59,187 bases of DNA, from the IMG/VR virus record IMGVR_UViG_3300031565_000029, positions 1-59,187 of that record. The stretch is one strand, 5' to 3'. This stretch comes from a virus (Duplodnaviria; Caudoviricetes). Positions 25,234 to 35,364 of the stretch are shown in pieces. The notes under the pieces are model-generated. The model was not told the origin of the DNA and did no database searches. It worked only from the letters and a program-made list of their open reading frames with translations. Within the stretch, counting starts at the first letter, position 1. Each line of letters starts with the position of its first letter. Both the position numbers and the translations under genes were made by a program.

Positions 25234-27169
25234 AACCGACCAGTATATACGAAGTGGGCACCGGACGCCCGGGTCAACATGCCGCACCATCACCATCAGT
25301 GATGATCAGGGAATAAAAGCCATTTACTGTAAGTATGGTGCCACATGGGGTATACAGAGTTACCTATTCAGTAAGGCGAAAGGCTGGAACATGAGTAAAG
25401 CAAAGTCATGGTTCAGCAGTCACAAGGAAACCATAGTGGGCACTGAGAAACTGAACCCTAACTCACACACCGACTTCATCCAGTTCTATAACGATTTCAT
25501 AAACCTCTACGACGAAGAACTAGGTGACAAAAAATACTATGCCTTCCTCAAAGCCTACGGACTAGACGAAACAAAGAGTTATGCAAGTCAATTGACACGA
25601 GAATGCCTAAACGGTGTATGTGAAGCATTCCAATGGACCAAACCACTCATACAATACATCCGTGACGACAAGGACGCTAAATATTATAAGGTTCGAGCAT
25701 TAACCGCGTCACTAAGCGCAAACAAAAATGATTATCGTGATCTCGTTGAATTAGAAAAGTCTGCGCGAACAATGGCGGGGGCAGTAATTAATATCAACCA
25801 CGACCATTCACGGACTCTTCCTCATCCAGATAATAAAGTTGTTTGGGCAGAATACGAAGACAAAGCAGTTGAAGCAGTAATAAAAATACACAACAACCAG
25901 AAAGACATCCAAGATAAACTAGATAATGGAGAGATCGTCAATCCAAGTATTGAAGGCGATCCACTAGGAGGATATACGACGCCAGAAGGCACTAAAGTTC
26001 CAGTATGGTATAACTTCACCGCCCTCGCCCTCCTAGAGAAAGACAAAACACTCCCAGGGGTTCCGTCAACCTACGGCTTCGAGCCGCTATTCCTGAACGA
26101 ATCCCTAGGCCGAAGCCTTGTAGAATCCTTGAGTATGGAGAAAGATAAAACTAAGGAAAAAACAATGACAACCCCAGAAAAGGTTGATCTCGAAGCAACA
26201 AAACAATTAAAAGAATATACCGGAATACAGGGCATGGACGTTTGTGGACAATGCAAGTTCTACGAAGAACTAACTAACACCACAACCCAAGCATCCGCCG
26301 CCCCCGGGAGCGACGGCACAGTCACACACAGCGCAGGAGCCGTCGGCCCCGGCGTAGGAAAATGCAGCGTAACAGGCGGATACATCCGTAAAGCTGACTC
26401 AGTATGTACAGACGGTAGACCAAGAGATCGACCAACAGATCTAGATAGGACGATTGAAATGAAGGAAATAGAATTAGAAGCCAAAAACATGGTGTTGGGC
26501 CAAAAAGTAGTTGACCTCGAAAACCAGGTGCTTCTTGAGAAACAGCAAACACGAGCCGCAACCGAAGGCAAACTCGCCGCTATGAATGAAAGCCTAGCCA
26601 AAGATGAACTCAACAAACGACAGCAACTCGACATCGCTGAGAGTCAGGCTAAAGTTGCTACAATGACTGAGCGACTGGAAAAGGAAGACCTAGCTAACCG
26701 GAAACTAAGCAACGAAAACGCCCACTTCAAAGTGAAGTCCGAGGCTCTCGAAGAAGACATGAAACTCTTCAAAGAAAGATTGGATCGCCTACAAATCGAA
26801 TTAACTGAACAGAAAACCCTCGTAACCCGTCTAACAGAAAACCTTAAACGCGCCACCACTAAAGCCAACGACGAATCCGCCCTCCGCGCTCAAGCAGTAC
26901 AGCGGGCCATCGACGCAGAGAACAATTCGGCTGAGATACAAGGCGAAAATGCGTTATACATAGAACAACTCTCCGGCAAGAGCCAGGAAATCTATGACAG
27001 CACCAAAGCACGAAGTGAAGGCGCAAAACGCGAGATGAAGCTCCAAGAGGATCTAAGAGCACAACGCGAACGATACGACAAACTAACAGAAGAGTACCGC
27101 GAACTGAAACGCCTATACAACGAACTACTAGCGGGCCGGAAGAAAATCAAGGTCCAAGTGAAGGTGTAG
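25220..27169 (+). CDS. Prohead protease/scaffold fusion (putative)
   Basis: GAGGTG RBS; S.N.N.Y...EL, ININH, PSIEG, F.ALALL...PG protease-like core; long C-terminal coiled coil; upstream of MCP. Confidence 0.7.
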   Translation: MPWDETDQYIRSGHRTPGSTCRTITISDDQGIKAIYCKYGATWGIQSYLFSKAKGWNMSKAKSWFSSHKETIVGTEKLNPNSHTDFIQFYNDFINLYDEELGDKKYYAFLKAYGLDETKSYASQLTRECLNGVCEAFQWTKPLIQYIRDDKDAKYYKVRALTASLSANKNDYRDLVELEKSARTMAGAVININHDHSRTLPHPDNKVVWAEYEDKAVEAVIKIHNNQKDIQDKLDNGEIVNPSIEGDPLGGYTTPEGTKVPVWYNFTALALLEKDKTLPGVPSTYGFEPLFLNESLGRSLVESLSMEKDKTKEKTMTTPEKVDLEATKQLKEYTGIQGMDVCGQCKFYEELTNTTTQASAAPGSDGTVTHSAGAVGPGVGKCSVTGGYIRKADSVCTDGRPRDRPTDLDRTIEMKEIELEAKNMVLGQKVVDLENQVLLEKQQTRAATEGKLAAMNESLAKDELNKRQQLDIAESQAKVATMTERLEKEDLANRKLSNENAHFKVKSEALEEDMKLFKERLDRLQIELTEQKTLVTRLTENLKRATTKANDESALRAQAVQRAIDAENNSAEIQGENALYIEQLSGKSQEIYDSTKARSEGAKREMKLQEDLRAQRERYDKLTEEYRELKRLYNELLAGRKKIKVQVKV

Positions 27170-27179
27170 GTGACACAGG

Positions 27180-27593
27180 ATGGCAGCAAACTATCCCGTT
27201 GAGGGACTCATCGGACGCATAAGCTTCGGTGGAGCCGTCGTCGGACATCTACTCGGCGTAGAGTTAAGTGGAGACCGGAACACCACACAGTACCGTGCCA
27301 TGGGCACCTACGCAACCACAAGCATCCTCAAAGGACGAAGAAACTTTGAGGGAAGCGCAAAGAAAGCCTTTATTTGTGGCGACTTCCTAACACTCTTCCT
27401 GAACGACTGCACCGAGTACCAAGGCAGCTTCTTCCCACGATACGGCGTATGTGTCGGCGGAATCACCGCCTGTGGCACCATCGCAGGGACACTGGTCTTC
27501 AAAAGCTGGCGTCTCACCGGATGGGAAGCAGAAGCCGAGGCCGCGAAGATCGAGGAAATCACCTTCGACATCTATAATATAACCCAACCCTAA
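27180..27593 (+). CDS. Major tail tube protein (putative)
   Basis: 137-aa beta-rich tube-like pattern (G.I...G..VG...GVE.......G...F.G....F); paralog at 54838. Confidence 0.65.
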   Translation: MAANYPVEGLIGRISFGGAVVGHLLGVELSGDRNTTQYRAMGTYATTSILKGRRNFEGSAKKAFICGDFLTLFLNDCTEYQGSFFPRYGVCVGGITACGTIAGTLVFKSWRLTGWEAEAEAAKIEEITFDIYNITQP

Positions 27594-27755
27594 CCCTCCC
27601 CGACTTTTTAGGGGCTAGACTGTAGACTCATTATCACCAACTAGATAGTAGGTGATCCTTGATGGTGACCTCAAGGCTAAACATTATGGTACACCGGCGG
27701 ACTAGAATCGGGCATGTCGCCGCTAAACTACGCCCAAATAAAAAAGGTGACAAAA

Positions 27756-28961
27756 TTGTCTAATGAAAATGAATCTCCCGTCGAGGTAAACATCGACACC
27801 GAAGGCTTGGAGAACCGGATAGTTGACAAGTTCAACGTAAAGTTCACAGCCCTCGAAGAGATGCTTGCCAAGAAGGAAAAGACAGAAGCCCTCAGCGAAA
27901 GCACTAAAGATAACAAACCCGTCGACTTCGACTATGAAAAAGGGATACTAGAGAGACTTATAAGCGAACGAAAAAGCGACAACTTCACCCCTGACGAATT
28001 CCGGCGTCCCGTGAAATCCGTTTCCATCGTAACCTATAACGAGAAAACCAAGGAACACGAATACAGTTTAACCGAGAGTCTCGTAGAAACCATCGGCACC
28101 ATCGCACAGGGAGCAGCCAACTGTTGTATCCCGGAGATATGGGCCGACAAGATCGAACGGGATCACGTCTATCCCGGATCAGTGTTCCTCGGAGCCTGGT
28201 TCGTAAACTGGTATGACGACATCGAGAACAGGCCCGGCGACACCGTGCGGATATGCCGCGTCGCCCCCGCTGTTTGCGTTGATCTAACCTGTGACGAACC
28301 ATCAACAGTCGCACCCACCATTGCATGTCCCTCCATCACACTAGAGCACGACGTATGCGCACTCGCCATCTGTAAAAACGATATGGAGTGCGTCCAGACT
28401 GGACTCCTTGACGCCCTGAACGAAGGACTCGGCTCATGCCTACAGGTATGTGTTGACAATTACTTTTTCAACGTGGCGCTAAGCTGCACCAACGCTGGAA
28501 CCCTAGTCTGCACCGGCCCAATGGCTGGCAGCCTCATAGTTGAGGCAATGGGTTCGATGATGGCAGGTACGTACACCCCAGTTAAGGTTATCATGCACCC
28601 AGTCGTATGGGCATCGCTCATGCAGGACACCCAGTTCAGCTACGCCAACCGCTTCGGAGCACGCGACGTGGTCTTAGGTGGAAGGCTAGAGCAAGCCTAC
28701 GGCCTTGAGATCAACGTAACCCCCAAGGGTACGCTGATCCTGCCCGCTTGGGACTGGAGCGTATCCGGTACGTACCGGACGCTTCTGTTAGCTAAGGGTG
28801 CTCTCGCTGGTGCGATGAAGCACGGGATAACAATTGAGACAGAGTATTCGCCACGTCTCCAGAAGAAGTGGATCATAGCCGACATCAAGTATGGCGGCGT
28901 ATGTCTGCATCCTGACGGAATCTTCTGGATACACACGGTAGAGACTCCATTCAGTTGTTAA
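27756..28961 (+). CDS. Major capsid protein (HK97 fold)
   Basis: AGGTGA RBS + TTG; IPEIW, PGDTVRI, IMHP..W.SL, G.L...YG..I, IET.Y, KYGG...PDG; 15 Cys. Confidence 0.85.
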   Translation: MSNENESPVEVNIDTEGLENRIVDKFNVKFTALEEMLAKKEKTEALSESTKDNKPVDFDYEKGILERLISERKSDNFTPDEFRRPVKSVSIVTYNEKTKEHEYSLTESLVETIGTIAQGAANCCIPEIWADKIERDHVYPGSVFLGAWFVNWYDDIENRPGDTVRICRVAPAVCVDLTCDEPSTVAPTIACPSITLEHDVCALAICKNDMECVQTGLLDALNEGLGSCLQVCVDNYFFNVALSCTNAGTLVCTGPMAGSLIVEAMGSMMAGTYTPVKVIMHPVVWASLMQDTQFSYANRFGARDVVLGGRLEQAYGLEINVTPKGTLILPAWDWSVSGTYRTLLLAKGALAGAMKHGITIETEYSPRLQKKWIIADIKYGGVCLHPDGIFWIHTVETPFSC

Positions 28962-29067
28962 ACGCTTAACTGACACTTTCTTCCTTTCTTCTCCGCCATT
29001 ATTTCCCTCTGGGGGCGGAGCAATTACCCTTCGTGGTATAAGTAACTATATCTAAGGAGATGTAGAG

Positions 29068-31071
29068 TTGAGTAAGAAACGAGAAATCAAATATTCAAGT
29101 AGTAAACAGTTTGTCGGTAGTGCCGATCCAGAAACCTATGGGGAAGGATACTTCCTACATGCAGAAGGTAGCAACTATGGCAGAGGCCCCTTTGCCCCAT
29201 ACGACGAGACATACCTAGTCAGAAACCGGGAACTCGCTAAACGGATAATATCCACCATACCTCGCCTAAGCTCCGTCCTTGTTCTCGGAGCGGCTCGGGG
29301 ATACCTCGTTAAAGCCTTCAGGGAACAAGGCGTAGACGCTGTCGGCGTGGATATAAGTCAATGGGCGGTAGAAAACTGCGCCGAGGGCATCGAAGACTAC
29401 ATGTACTGTGGTGACATCTGTGACCTCAGTTTATGGGAGGACAAGTCCTTCGACCTCGTAGTTGGCCTAGATGTGTTTGAACACATCACGGTTCCCGACC
29501 TTTACAAAGCAATGGATGAAGCCGTCCGCGTAGGAAAATCACTTATTCTAGATGTCCCCATCCTCCCACATGACGATGAACCCGATCAGAGTTATGGCAC
29601 CGATGCAACCCACGTCAGTTGTTACTCTAAAATGTGGTGGCTACAAGGGTTCATGGCGCGTGGGTTGGAACCCTTCGGACAGGTAAGTGAATACCTATAC
29701 CCAGAGGAACACGAAAACTCGCCGTGGCCAGATGGACACGATCACGGTGTAACAGTATGGTTCCGCACCCCCAAACCAGTTCCGACACCAGAAAACATTC
29801 CAGAGCCTAAGATCGCCCCCAACGGCAAAGACTTTAAGATCTTATGGTACGCGAATGCCCATTTCTGTGGGACTGGATACGGCGTAGGAACCGCCGGGGT
29901 CATATTCGACCTACTAAAACACTACAGTGTCAGAAACCTAGCCTTCTACGGACTAGAGGGAAAAGCACTTGGGTTCAACGAACTTGTCACGTATCCGAAG
30001 CGGTTCTGCCCATTCGGAAGCGACGCCGCCGCTCTTCTATGCAATCGCTGGAAACCAGACATACTTGTGACCTTATTCGACATCTGGATCGATGAGTCGG
30101 CAAGCCGCGTCGGTGGACCCGGGTGGCTAAGCTCTATGCACCCTCGATGGGTGCCCATCATCCCCGTTGATCATGACCCCATACCGCCCCCCACGCTTGT
30201 GCCTGCCAGAAAAGCCTATAAGCCTGTGGCGATGAGCCGTTTCGGTCAGAGGCAACTTGAAGCAAATGGCGTTCCATCAACATACATACCTCACGGTGTG
30301 GACACAACGCTGTTTAAGCCTTCACTGGATAAGGTGGCTAGCCGTCAACATCTTCACGACATTTCGGTTCCGCTTATATCTGGAAAGGAGGAACCGTGGC
30401 CTGAGGACTGCTTCGTCATCGGGAAGGTGGCGGCTAACAAGGACACTAAACGTAAAGGCTTCGACACCGACGCCCAAGCTCTGCGACTCTTCTTTGATAG
30501 CAACCCGGACGCTAGAAAGGATACGCGGGTGTTCATGCACACACTCCCACGGTTCCCCGGCGGCTTCAACATCGATCACTGGTACGACCTCTGCGGGGTC
30601 TCACAGTACGTAAAGGTCATCGACGAGTTCTTCTGGTATCAGGGACTCACCTATGAGGACATGTCAAAACTCTATGGAGGCTTCGATGTGTTGCTGAACG
30701 CTAGTAGAGCCGAAGGGTTTGGCATACCGATCATTGAAGCAGCTTCCTGCGGTGTCCCGTCGATAGGTACAAACTTTACGTCGATGCCGGAGCTAATCGG
30801 GGGACATGGGTGGCTCGTTGATAAATATGTTAGAGACCTCACCCCTGCACTGAGCTTCATAGCAGTCCCGGATGTGTATGAGTTAGCCGACCACATATCT
30901 GAAGCCTACAATAGCCCCGATAAGACCGCCCGCTACGGTGAAGCCTCAAGAGACTTTGCGTTAAACTTTGACTGGAAAAAAGTTGTTGTACCTCTCTGGA
31001 AGAATCTTATTGAGGACATCAGAGAAGAAATACGTCCAAAGACCCTGAGCGAAAGGAGGAAGATGCTATGA
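29068..31071 (+). CDS. SAM methyltransferase fused to GT4 glycosyltransferase
   Basis: LVLGAARG..GVDIS..DVFEH N-domain; TGYG..., EGFGIPIIEA..CGVP GT4 motif. Confidence 0.88.
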   Translation: MSKKREIKYSSSKQFVGSADPETYGEGYFLHAEGSNYGRGPFAPYDETYLVRNRELAKRIISTIPRLSSVLVLGAARGYLVKAFREQGVDAVGVDISQWAVENCAEGIEDYMYCGDICDLSLWEDKSFDLVVGLDVFEHITVPDLYKAMDEAVRVGKSLILDVPILPHDDEPDQSYGTDATHVSCYSKMWWLQGFMARGLEPFGQVSEYLYPEEHENSPWPDGHDHGVTVWFRTPKPVPTPENIPEPKIAPNGKDFKILWYANAHFCGTGYGVGTAGVIFDLLKHYSVRNLAFYGLEGKALGFNELVTYPKRFCPFGSDAAALLCNRWKPDILVTLFDIWIDESASRVGGPGWLSSMHPRWVPIIPVDHDPIPPPTLVPARKAYKPVAMSRFGQRQLEANGVPSTYIPHGVDTTLFKPSLDKVASRQHLHDISVPLISGKEEPWPEDCFVIGKVAANKDTKRKGFDTDAQALRLFFDSNPDARKDTRVFMHTLPRFPGGFNIDHWYDLCGVSQYVKVIDEFFWYQGLTYEDMSKLYGGFDVLLNASRAEGFGIPIIEAASCGVPSIGTNFTSMPELIGGHGWLVDKYVRDLTPALSFIAVPDVYELADHISEAYNSPDKTARYGEASRDFALNFDWKKVVVPLWKNLIEDIREEIRPKTLSERRKML

Positions 31072-31874
31072 GTGTCATGATAGGAGTCGCAATAAAGAAC
31101 AGCGCCGTGTGGCTCCCCCGGTTTTTATACCAACTAGATAAACTTAGTGACGTAAGCCGCGTAGTATTCATCTATGGACCAAGCCAAGACCCAACCCTTG
31201 ATATATTGAAACTATGGGAAAACGAGACTGCCCATTCAACGGAGATCATCTTAGAACCGATGATGAAAAACCCGTTATCCGCAGCCGAGATAGCGCCGCT
31301 CTACGAAGACTTCCAGAACATCATTGGAGAAGAGGGGTGGGAAGATGAAACACATTTCCTGCTCATAGACTCTGACATCATGGAAGTTCCAGATGACCTA
31401 ATTCAACGATTGAAAGAACAGGATAAGGATATCATCGCTCCCTTTGTCTGGGTTGACCGCGCAGATCCACCCCAGTTCTTTGATACACACTGTTTCAGAT
31501 TCTACAGTTATAGGTTCCATCCCTTCAGCCCGCCGGACCCCTACGATGGCAAACCGTTCGAGGTTGACAGCGTCGGCTCATGCTACATGGTGAAACGCGA
31601 AGTCTTTGAACGAGTCCCTTACGAGAACCCCCATCCACACATGAAGTTCTGTGAGAACGCGTTGAACGACGGCTACGAAGTTTGGGCACACCCTAGAATA
31701 AAGATACTGCATCTCGACGTCCAGAAAGTAGGATTAACGAAGACACCTATCGAGATACTGAGAGGGCAGGCATTCGCACCACCGCCCTTCATAAAGAAGG
31801 ATGGAACAGTTGTCGAAGAAGAAGTGTTTGCCTCAGACCTGATAAACGCCTACGTCTGGGGCACCACAGAATGA
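31068..31874 (+). CDS. GT-A fold glycosyltransferase
   Basis: IDSD DxD, VDSVG.CY.V, FC..A...GY.VW. Confidence 0.8.
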   Translation: MSVMIGVAIKNSAVWLPRFLYQLDKLSDVSRVVFIYGPSQDPTLDILKLWENETAHSTEIILEPMMKNPLSAAEIAPLYEDFQNIIGEEGWEDETHFLLIDSDIMEVPDDLIQRLKEQDKDIIAPFVWVDRADPPQFFDTHCFRFYSYRFHPFSPPDPYDGKPFEVDSVGSCYMVKREVFERVPYENPHPHMKFCENALNDGYEVWAHPRIKILHLDVQKVGLTKTPIEILRGQAFAPPPFIKKDGTVVEEEVFASDLINAYVWGTTE

Positions 31875-32683
31875 CTGTTGAAACCATTCAAACAGTGGAT
31901 ATAGAAAACCCCCTCTACTCCGTAGTTGTTCCAATACGAGACCGATGTGGACACATGCTCCGCAACTGTCTGCGAAGCATAGAACTACAAACTCTAAAAC
32001 CCATAGAACTAATCCTAGTAGACTATGGTTCAACACCTGAGAACCACCAGAAAACATTAGATATGTTGCCGCCATGCACCGTGTACCGATGCGAAACAGA
32101 TGAACCGTGGAACCTCTCCACCGCCCGTAACATCGGGTTACGAAGATCATGCGCCAAACATGCATGCGTTCTAGACGGCGACCTAATAATGGAGCCACGC
32201 GTACTAGAATCAGCCCTCCAAATACATAACGACTATCCCCCATGCTATATCACCACCCACGTCATATTGCTTAGCCCTAACGCAATAACAAGCAAAGTAA
32301 TAGAGTTACCCCGTGACTATGATGAACTAGTTAGAGCGCCATTCATCAAACGTGCCGAAGGTTGGGGCGGATTCACGAGTGCACCGACCTCATGGTGGTA
32401 CGAGTGTCAGGGTTTCGACGAACGAATGAAGTGGTGGGGTTGGGAGGACGTGGATATGTGGAAACGGGTAGCGCGAGCAGGACTCGCTCGCAACCGTTTG
32501 CAAAGCATAATGTACCCTGACAGCGAAACCTATCATCAATACCACGTTAACGCCCAGGTTGTCGCCATGAAGCAACAACAGATAGAGATATATAAAGCCA
32601 TAACCACCAACGAACACTATGCGAAACACAGCAGAGGAGTCACTCGTAACGACGAGAATTGGGGGCTATGGCGTGAAGATTAG
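31871..32683 (+). CDS. GT2 glycosyltransferase
   Basis: SVVVP, VDYGS, ARNIG, DGD, GFDE...WG.ED. Confidence 0.88.
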   Translation: MTVETIQTVDIENPLYSVVVPIRDRCGHMLRNCLRSIELQTLKPIELILVDYGSTPENHQKTLDMLPPCTVYRCETDEPWNLSTARNIGLRRSCAKHACVLDGDLIMEPRVLESALQIHNDYPPCYITTHVILLSPNAITSKVIELPRDYDELVRAPFIKRAEGWGGFTSAPTSWWYECQGFDERMKWWGWEDVDMWKRVARAGLARNRLQSIMYPDSETYHQYHVNAQVVAMKQQQIEIYKAITTNEHYAKHSRGVTRNDENWGLWRED

Positions 32684-33530
32684 TGCTGCCCTCATCGCTT
32701 GGAACGAAGCACAGACCATTGATCTAGCATTAAAGAGCATATCCAACTTTGTGGATGAAGTAATAATCGCCGACACGGGGAGTTTCGATGGCACCGTCAA
32801 GAAGGCAGAAGAGTGTCTCTCAGAATATCATATAAGTGGTGAAGTATTAAACGTTAAAGCAAACACATTGGGGCAAGCCCGCCTCGCAGCTATAGAGAAA
32901 ACTATATATGACTGGATACTACTAATAGACGCAAATCTCGTCCTTTCCGAAGCCCTAAAAAAAGAATTAGGGGAATCCCAAAAACACGGTTTTCTCGGTA
33001 TGGTTCGCAGTCTCAACCTTATGGGTGACTATGAACACTATTTTACGCCTCTTCCATTACATGATCACCATGACACCCTATTTCACAAGTCAACGGTTAC
33101 ATGGTTAAACGATCTAGATAGACCGATTCCTCTCGTTAACCGAAGACGTCTAAAACGGTGGGCGATCAACCTCAGCCGAGTTCGTCCAGCGTGGCGTAGT
33201 TGGTATCGCGGGGAACCGTTTGACCCTGATTATTATAACCCAAAAAATAGGAACCCACTTCATGAAGCCGCGACGATGGACCTATGGACGCACAACGGTA
33301 AATTTAGTTCCCTTGTTGAGTATATAGAGACAAAAAGGGGGTTATCCTTGGATGATGTTAAGAGGATAGCACCCGAATGGTATCTTAACCAACTTAACCG
33401 TTTTGCCGAACCATTGTGCCCCCAATTCAGACGAGGACTTCCAGAACCAATTATAGAAGAACAACGGACACCGCGATATAGTTTAATCTATCAAGGAGGA
33501 AAAATCATTGGCAGATACCCAACTCTCTAG
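32673..33530 (+). CDS. GT2-like glycosyltransferase
   Basis: NEA..I...L.S....DEVII.DTGS.DGT; DAN in place of DxD. Confidence 0.8.
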   Translation: MKISAALIAWNEAQTIDLALKSISNFVDEVIIADTGSFDGTVKKAEECLSEYHISGEVLNVKANTLGQARLAAIEKTIYDWILLIDANLVLSEALKKELGESQKHGFLGMVRSLNLMGDYEHYFTPLPLHDHHDTLFHKSTVTWLNDLDRPIPLVNRRRLKRWAINLSRVRPAWRSWYRGEPFDPDYYNPKNRNPLHEAATMDLWTHNGKFSSLVEYIETKRGLSLDDVKRIAPEWYLNQLNRFAEPLCPQFRRGLPEPIIEEQRTPRYSLIYQGGKIIGRYPTL

Positions 33531-33611
33531 CGGTATGATCTGTTGGAACGAAGCACAGACCATTGATCTAGCATTAAAGAGCATATCCAACTTTGTGGAT
33601 GAAGTAATAAT
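32699..33611 (+). repeat. 69-bp exact direct repeat (32699-32767 and 33543-33611)
   Basis: Identical nucleotide block at the 5' ends of two otherwise diverged GT2 paralogs. Confidence 0.85.
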
Positions 33612-34389
33612 AATTGACACCGGTTCCTTTGATGGTACACAGAAAATAGCAAGAGAAACAATCGACAACCTCAACCTTAGTGGCCAAATAAAAGAAGTAA
33701 CGATAACAAAATTATTCGATGCCAGATTAAAAGCCTTCCAACTTTGTGATGGCGACTGGATGCTGATGCAGGACTCTAATCTTGTGCTATCGAATGCCTT
33801 AAAACAAGAAATGTTAGGACATATAAAACGTTCTAACGCACTCGGATGCGTAAAAAGTCTTAACTTAATGGGTGACTACGAACATCTCTTTGGCAATCGT
33901 CCCTTTATGGCTCCTCACGACATATTAATTAAATTAGAGAAAGCCACATGGGATGAAAGTGCGGATCGTCCCCACTTCATAGGAACAGTAAAAACCCTTT
34001 CTAATTGGGCCGTTAATCTTAGCCGGGTACGCCCCGCATGGAGATACTGGTTACGAGGAGAACAATTCGATAGACGCGCCTATAACGATGTAGCTAGACG
34101 ACACAGTGACGGGCATAAGAACAAATTTAACACACAGTATTCGTGGCAACGACTGGATAAATATACTTCCCCCCTAGAGTACATTGAAGTAACAAAGGGA
34201 ATGACCCTTAACGACGTTAAACAAGTGGCACCCGCATGGTTCCTGAAACAACTACGCCTTGAAGCTAGACACTTAGTCCCCGCATACAGACAGGACTTAC
34301 CAGAAGTGATTCAAGACGAATTAAAGAATCCCCGATACAAACTAATCTATGAAAACAACAAGATAACTGGAAGATGGCCAGAGCTTTGA
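33508..34389 (+). CDS. GT2-like glycosyltransferase, tandem paralog
   Basis: Full-length similarity to 32673..33530; DSN in place of DxD. Confidence 0.8.
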   Translation: MADTQLSSGMICWNEAQTIDLALKSISNFVDEVIIIDTGSFDGTQKIARETIDNLNLSGQIKEVTITKLFDARLKAFQLCDGDWMLMQDSNLVLSNALKQEMLGHIKRSNALGCVKSLNLMGDYEHLFGNRPFMAPHDILIKLEKATWDESADRPHFIGTVKTLSNWAVNLSRVRPAWRYWLRGEQFDRRAYNDVARRHSDGHKNKFNTQYSWQRLDKYTSPLEYIEVTKGMTLNDVKQVAPAWFLKQLRLEARHLVPAYRQDLPEVIQDELKNPRYKLIYENNKITGRWPEL

Positions 34390-35363
34390 GAATCCTTTTC
34401 CTACGCCACAAGGGACTTGACTATGTCGGTGCCCCCGGCACATACCATGACTTTGAGCAAACCGTCGGAAAGATAGCGGAGTGTAAGTGGGCTGGAAAAG
34501 AATGGCCTTTACACCGTCCAAACGAGCCGATGGACGCAACTGTTAAAAGGGTTATGCCTGACGCGGATTGGGTGATCGATACAGATGAAGGGTTCAAGGC
34601 ACCACGTGACAAAGACTACCAGGTGGGACACTTTACATCCGATCTTCACGGAAAATCTATATGTGGCGTTCATACTCCACAAGGACTCCTAGCGTTAATG
34701 AACCGCTCCAACTATGATGCTTTGTTCATGAAATATAAATACGTCTATGGTGCAAACTGTAACCCAGACATTTTCCTAACAGATATGAAGGTTCAATCAA
34801 GGTTTCTACCTTGGAGCATAGACCCAGAAAAATATCGACCAAACGGAGAAAGGAGGGTTGACGTGGCGTTTCTAGGTGCCTATGGCTCAGTCTATCCTCT
34901 ACGCAACGATCTGTGGTATGGATTGAATCCGTTTTGTCGTAGACACAACCTAAAACTGTTACTCAAACAGTCCCCCGGTGGCAGTTCATTTAAACGGTAT
35001 ATCCCAAACCTTATAGATGAGGGCCATGTTGTGGGTAGCAGATACCGAGAGGCGTTAAGGTCTACACGCATCCTAATCTTTGGTGGAAGTAGATTCCGTT
35101 ATCCCATTCAAAAATATTTCGAGGGTATGGTAAGCGGATGCCTGGTCATGGCTAACACACCAGGCGCAGCAGAGGACTTACATTTCAAAGATGGATATAA
35201 CTTTGTGGATATTAACGTTAATAACTGGAAAGATAAACTACTTTACTATGCTCAGCATAGAGATGAAGCCGAACAAATTTCAGAGCAAGGAAGAAAAACA
35301 ATAGAAAAATACCACACCCATGACATCCGAGCACAACAATTCATTCAAATGCTCGGTGACTGA
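34374..35363 (+). CDS. CgeB-like GT-B glycosyltransferase
   Basis: DVAFLG....YPLR, KYFE....G, F.DG, G...I...HT...RA. Confidence 0.8.
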   Translation: MARALRILFLRHKGLDYVGAPGTYHDFEQTVGKIAECKWAGKEWPLHRPNEPMDATVKRVMPDADWVIDTDEGFKAPRDKDYQVGHFTSDLHGKSICGVHTPQGLLALMNRSNYDALFMKYKYVYGANCNPDIFLTDMKVQSRFLPWSIDPEKYRPNGERRVDVAFLGAYGSVYPLRNDLWYGLNPFCRRHNLKLLLKQSPGGSSFKRYIPNLIDEGHVVGSRYREALRSTRILIFGGSRFRYPIQKYFEGMVSGCLVMANTPGAAEDLHFKDGYNFVDINVNNWKDKLLYYAQHRDEAEQISEQGRKTIEKYHTHDIRAQQFIQMLGD

Positions 35364-35364
35364 C

